A stretch of 64,000 nt of DNA from Desulfobacterales bacterium (GTDB taxonomy: Bacteria > Desulfobacterota > Desulfobacteria > Desulfobacterales > UBA5852): contig CAXXVS010000003.1 in the NCBI GenBank assembly GCA_963674755.2, positions 768,001 through 832,000 of the forward strand, in the 5' to 3' direction. Positions 60,732 to 64,000 of the stretch are shown here, one piece after another. A program made the position numbers and the translations under genes. The notes beneath the pieces were generated by a model that saw nothing but the letters and a program-made list of their open reading frames with translations, had not been told where the DNA came from and did no database searches. Each line of letters begins with the position of its first letter. The first letter of the stretch is position 1.

Positions 60732-61346
60732 ATGTTCAGCACGGAATTTCTTCTGACATCGCTGGTGGTGGTGCTGATCCCCGGCACCGGGGTCATCTAC
60801 ACGGTTTCCAACGGGCTTTTTCTCGGATGGCGGGCCAGCATCGCGGCGGCCGTGGGCTGCACCGCCGGCATCCTTCCCCACCTGACGGCCAGCATCCTGG
60901 GCCTGGCGGCCATCCTGCACATGAGCGCGGTGGCTTTCCAGGCCGTGAAATATGCCGGCGTGATCTATCTGCTTTACCTGGCCTGGTGCATGTGGCGGGA
61001 GACGGGCGCCTTGCAGTTTGACGCGCCGACCACCCGCCGAGGGATGCGGCAGATCATCATCCGGGGTTTTTTGATCAACATCCTCAACCCCAAGCTGTCC
61101 ATCTTTTTCCTGGCCTTCCTGCCGCTGTTCGTCTCCCCCCAGGCCGTTGCGCCGACTTTGCAGATGCTGATCCTCAGCGGGGTGTTCATGGCCATGACCC
61201 TTGTCATTTTCATCCTCTACGGGCTGCTGGCCGACGGGGTTCGGCGCTATGTGGTGGACTCCCCCAAAGTGGTGACCTGGATGCAGCGTTCCTTCGCGGC
61301 CGTCTTTGCGGCCCTGGGGCTCAAGCTGGCATTGACGGAGCCGTAA
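60732..61346 (+). CDS. LysE/RhtB-family translocator
   Basis: LIPGTG, INILNPK, FLPLF; AGGAGG RBS. Confidence 0.9.
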   Translation: MFSTEFLLTSLVVVLIPGTGVIYTVSNGLFLGWRASIAAAVGCTAGILPHLTASILGLAAILHMSAVAFQAVKYAGVIYLLYLAWCMWRETGALQFDAPTTRRGMRQIIIRGFLINILNPKLSIFFLAFLPLFVSPQAVAPTLQMLILSGVFMAMTLVIFILYGLLADGVRRYVVDSPKVVTWMQRSFAAVFAALGLKLALTEP

Positions 61347-61358
61347 GGGAATCATCTT

Positions 61359-61793
61359 ATGGGCGGACCGATCAGAGCGACCGTCTCCAGGCGAATCGTG
61401 CTGTATGAAATTCTCATGCTGGGCGGGATCCTCATTTCCATCTGGTGCGACGAGGTGTTTGATATCCCCCATCTGCTCTTCGGAGCGCCGCGATCGCCGT
61501 TGAACTGGCAGGAATCTTTGTTCGAGAGCATTAGTGTCGGCATTTTCGGCGCGGCCCTGATCGGCGTGACCCACAATCTCTTCAAGCGCCTGAAATACCT
61601 GGAGGGCATCCTGCCGGTCTGCGCATCGTGCAAGAAAATCAGAGATGAAGCCGGAAACTGGCAGCACATCGAATCCTATATCCGGGAGCGATCGGCCGCC
61701 GAATTCAGCCATGGCATTTGCCCGGAATGCGCCGAAAAACTCTATCCGGGCTTTAATCCTTACAAAAAACGCGAGCCGAAGCAGCCCTCATAA
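61359..61793 (+). CDS. Two-TM protein with CxxC..H..CxxC C-terminal domain
   Basis: LPVCASCKKIRD..W..IESY..FSHGICPEC. Confidence 0.75.
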   Translation: MGGPIRATVSRRIVLYEILMLGGILISIWCDEVFDIPHLLFGAPRSPLNWQESLFESISVGIFGAALIGVTHNLFKRLKYLEGILPVCASCKKIRDEAGNWQHIESYIRERSAAEFSHGICPECAEKLYPGFNPYKKREPKQPS

Positions 61794-61847
61794 CGGCCTC
61801 GGCCGGCATCCCATTGACCCCTGCACGGCATCGGACAGGAGAAAGAC

Positions 61848-62915
61848 ATGCGCATTCTCGCCATCAATTCCAGCCCCCGGCCCGGCGGCCAGAGCAAGAC
61901 CGAACTCATGCTGAAGCACCTCACGGACGGCATGCGCGCGGCCGGGGGCGATGTCGACATCGTCCATCTGCGGGAGAAGACCATCAAAAACTGCATCGGC
62001 TGCTTCACCTGCTGGACCAAAACCCCCGGCCGATGCATCCACCAGGATGACATGACTACCGAGATTTTCCCGAAGTGGTGCGAGGCCGACCTGGCCGTTT
62101 ACGCCACCCCGCTTTACTACCACACCATGAACGCCGCCATGAGCACCTTCAAAGAACGCACCCTGCCGGCGGCCCAACCTTTTTTCGAACGCGACGCGCA
62201 CGGCAACACGACTCACCCCCTGCGCTACAAGGTGCCGGCCGCAGTCTGGCTTTCCGTGTGCGGTTTCCCGGAAGCCTCCGAATTCGACGCCTTTTCGGAT
62301 TATTTGAACCGCACCCGCTACGGGGAGGCCTCCATCGTGGCCGAGATCTACCGGCCCGCCGCCGAAGCCATGACCAATTCCTATTTCCAAGTGGCGGCCG
62401 ACGATATCCTGGCGGCCACCGCCCAGGCGGGAAGAGAACTGGTCCGGTCCATGGCAGTCGCTCCCGAAACGCTGGCTCGCATCACCCAGTCCTTCGTGGA
62501 TCCGGAAGCCTTTGCCGAAATGGGCAATATTTTCTGGAAAACCTGCATTACCGAAGGGGTTACCCCCAAAACCTTCCATGAGAAGAACATGGTGCCGCGG
62601 CCCGACTCCATTGCGGCCTTCCTGCGGCTTTTACCGGCTGGGCTGAACGCGGAGGCGGTAGGCGACCGGCAGGTGATCCTGCAGTTCGATTTTTCCGGGG
62701 AGGTGGAAGGGGCCTGCCATTTCATCATCGCGGCCGGCCGAATCGAAGCCCGGGAGGGCGCCGCCGGGAAAGCCGACCTCACGATCGAGACCCCTTTCGA
62801 GGTCTGGATGGATATCATGACCCGCAAAGCGGACGGCCAGCAGATGTTTCTGGATCAGAAGTATAAAATCCGCGGCGAATTGGCGCTGATGGTGGCCTTG
62901 TTCAAAAAGGACTAG
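61848..62915 (+). CDS. Iron-sulfur flavoprotein/flavodoxin-family protein fused to SCP2 domain
   Basis: INSSPR, CIGCFTCW..C..DDM, TPLY; C-terminal ADLTI..G..MFL...KI.G. Confidence 0.8.
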   Translation: MRILAINSSPRPGGQSKTELMLKHLTDGMRAAGGDVDIVHLREKTIKNCIGCFTCWTKTPGRCIHQDDMTTEIFPKWCEADLAVYATPLYYHTMNAAMSTFKERTLPAAQPFFERDAHGNTTHPLRYKVPAAVWLSVCGFPEASEFDAFSDYLNRTRYGEASIVAEIYRPAAEAMTNSYFQVAADDILAATAQAGRELVRSMAVAPETLARITQSFVDPEAFAEMGNIFWKTCITEGVTPKTFHEKNMVPRPDSIAAFLRLLPAGLNAEAVGDRQVILQFDFSGEVEGACHFIIAAGRIEAREGAAGKADLTIETPFEVWMDIMTRKADGQQMFLDQKYKIRGELALMVALFKKD

Positions 62916-62982
62916 CATCTGACCGCCAATGACCGGCGCGATATGCCGGGCAATGCGTTCTGCTGCTGCAAACGAAAGGAAA

Positions 62983-63738
62983 ATGATGCATTTGCAGGAA
63001 CGGATCAAGGCCGCGGCCCTGCCCCTGGCGGAAGGGCGGTGCCTGGCCGATGTGCGCATCGGCCTGGGCTATACGGCCGTGTTGCTGGACAATGGCGGCG
63101 CCGGCGTCGCTTACACTTTTCTGGATGAGGCTGCGGGCGGCTGCTCGGTCTACCGCAATATCCGCCCTCTGGCTGGCCGGCCGGCCGGGGACCTACTCCA
63201 ACTGTTCGCTGCCGGAGGCCGCATCGAGGCGGCCCTGGCGCTGGCCACGGCCAATGCCCTGTTCAACCGCCCGGAAAGACCCTATCAACCGGGCGACATC
63301 CTGGAGCATCTGAAGATCGGTCCCGAAGACCGGGTCGGCATGGTAGGCCATTTCGGCCCGCTGGTGCCGGCCATCCGGAAGCAGGCGGAGACCCTCTACA
63401 TCTTCGAGCAGATCGCGCTGCCCCAGGGCAACCTGCTGCCCGTGGCCGCGGCGGAGGAGCTGCTGCCGCGCTGCCAGGTGGCCCTGCTGACCTCGACCTC
63501 CCTCATCAACGCCACGGCCGATCGTTTGCTGGACTTGGCCGCCGGCTGCCGGGAGATCGTCTTCCTGGGCGCTTCGACACCCCTCTGGCCGGAAATCTAC
63601 GCGGATACGGGGGTGACGCGGCTTGCGGGCATCACGGTGGTCGATCCCGGGGCGATCCTGCAGATCGTGAGCGAAGGGGGCGGCATGCGGTTTTTCAAAC
63701 CGGCCGTCAACAAGGTCAATCTGCCGCTTCCCCGATAG
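62983..63738 (+). CDS. DUF364 (Rossmann-like) protein
   Basis: DVRIGLGYTAV, ATANAL, VGHFGP, TSLINAT, LGASTP. Confidence 0.8.
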   Translation: MMHLQERIKAAALPLAEGRCLADVRIGLGYTAVLLDNGGAGVAYTFLDEAAGGCSVYRNIRPLAGRPAGDLLQLFAAGGRIEAALALATANALFNRPERPYQPGDILEHLKIGPEDRVGMVGHFGPLVPAIRKQAETLYIFEQIALPQGNLLPVAAAEELLPRCQVALLTSTSLINATADRLLDLAAGCREIVFLGASTPLWPEIYADTGVTRLAGITVVDPGAILQIVSEGGGMRFFKPAVNKVNLPLPR

Positions 63739-63907
63739 TCGCCATGCACCGTTGTGAGCCAGAGGCTTGCCTGTTCCCCCAGCATACATCTGCTCCCAGG
63801 GGGATCAAGGGAAGCGGTTCGGACCCTGACATCAGCGCGGCATTCCACATGGTTCAGTGTCTGTCCGCCATTGTAACCCGCACCTGTAAAGAGAGAGCAA
63901 GATTTCC

Positions 63908-64000
63908 ATGAGCAGCTTGATGACCCCTCTCGCCTACCTGGGCGGCGCCATCTTTCTGATCGCCTTTATCTGGAAGTCGTATGATTTTTTCAAAGAGGCC
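63908..64000 (+). CDS. Start of a membrane protein, truncated by window end
   Basis: MSSLMTPLAYLGGAIFLIAFIWKSYDFFKEA, open to the end. Confidence 0.45.
   Translation, partial: MSSLMTPLAYLGGAIFLIAFIWKSYDFFKEA

Overview
GC-rich bacterial chromosome segment whose gene content (orange-protein/Orp cluster, many PAS hybrid kinases, sigma-54 regulators) points to an anaerobic Desulfobacterota/deltaproteobacterium (inference). 1-8.1 kb: a sugar/glycerol-type ABC permease fragment and a sigma-54-driven Orp metal-cofactor cluster (OrpR-like activator, NifB/NifX-family proteins, Mrp fusion, two MinD-ferredoxin ATPases, a cooC relic, cooT, moaA). 8.6-20 kb: mosaic accessory genes (GNAT, amber-interrupted SLATT gene, M48 peptidase, DUF2157/DUF4401/GDYXXLXY module, hydrolases) mixed with REP/MITE-like repeats. 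20-43.7 kb: a dense signalling block with a duplicated ~120-bp leader, a CheB/CheR fusion, hybrid kinases and a kaiA-less kaiC-kaiB operon tightly linked to an HTH-REC regulator, a hybrid histidine kinase and a REC/PAS/DHp/GGDEF diguanylate cyclase; this is the strongest candidate for an undescribed system. 44-64 kb: assorted enzymes and transporters, a ZraS/ZraR/ZraP-like locus with a MITE in the kinase 3' end, and an L,D-transpeptidase plus Lpp-like lipoprotein pair. No rRNA, tRNA, CRISPR array or intact transposase was seen. All calls come from motifs read by eye; no database searches were run.
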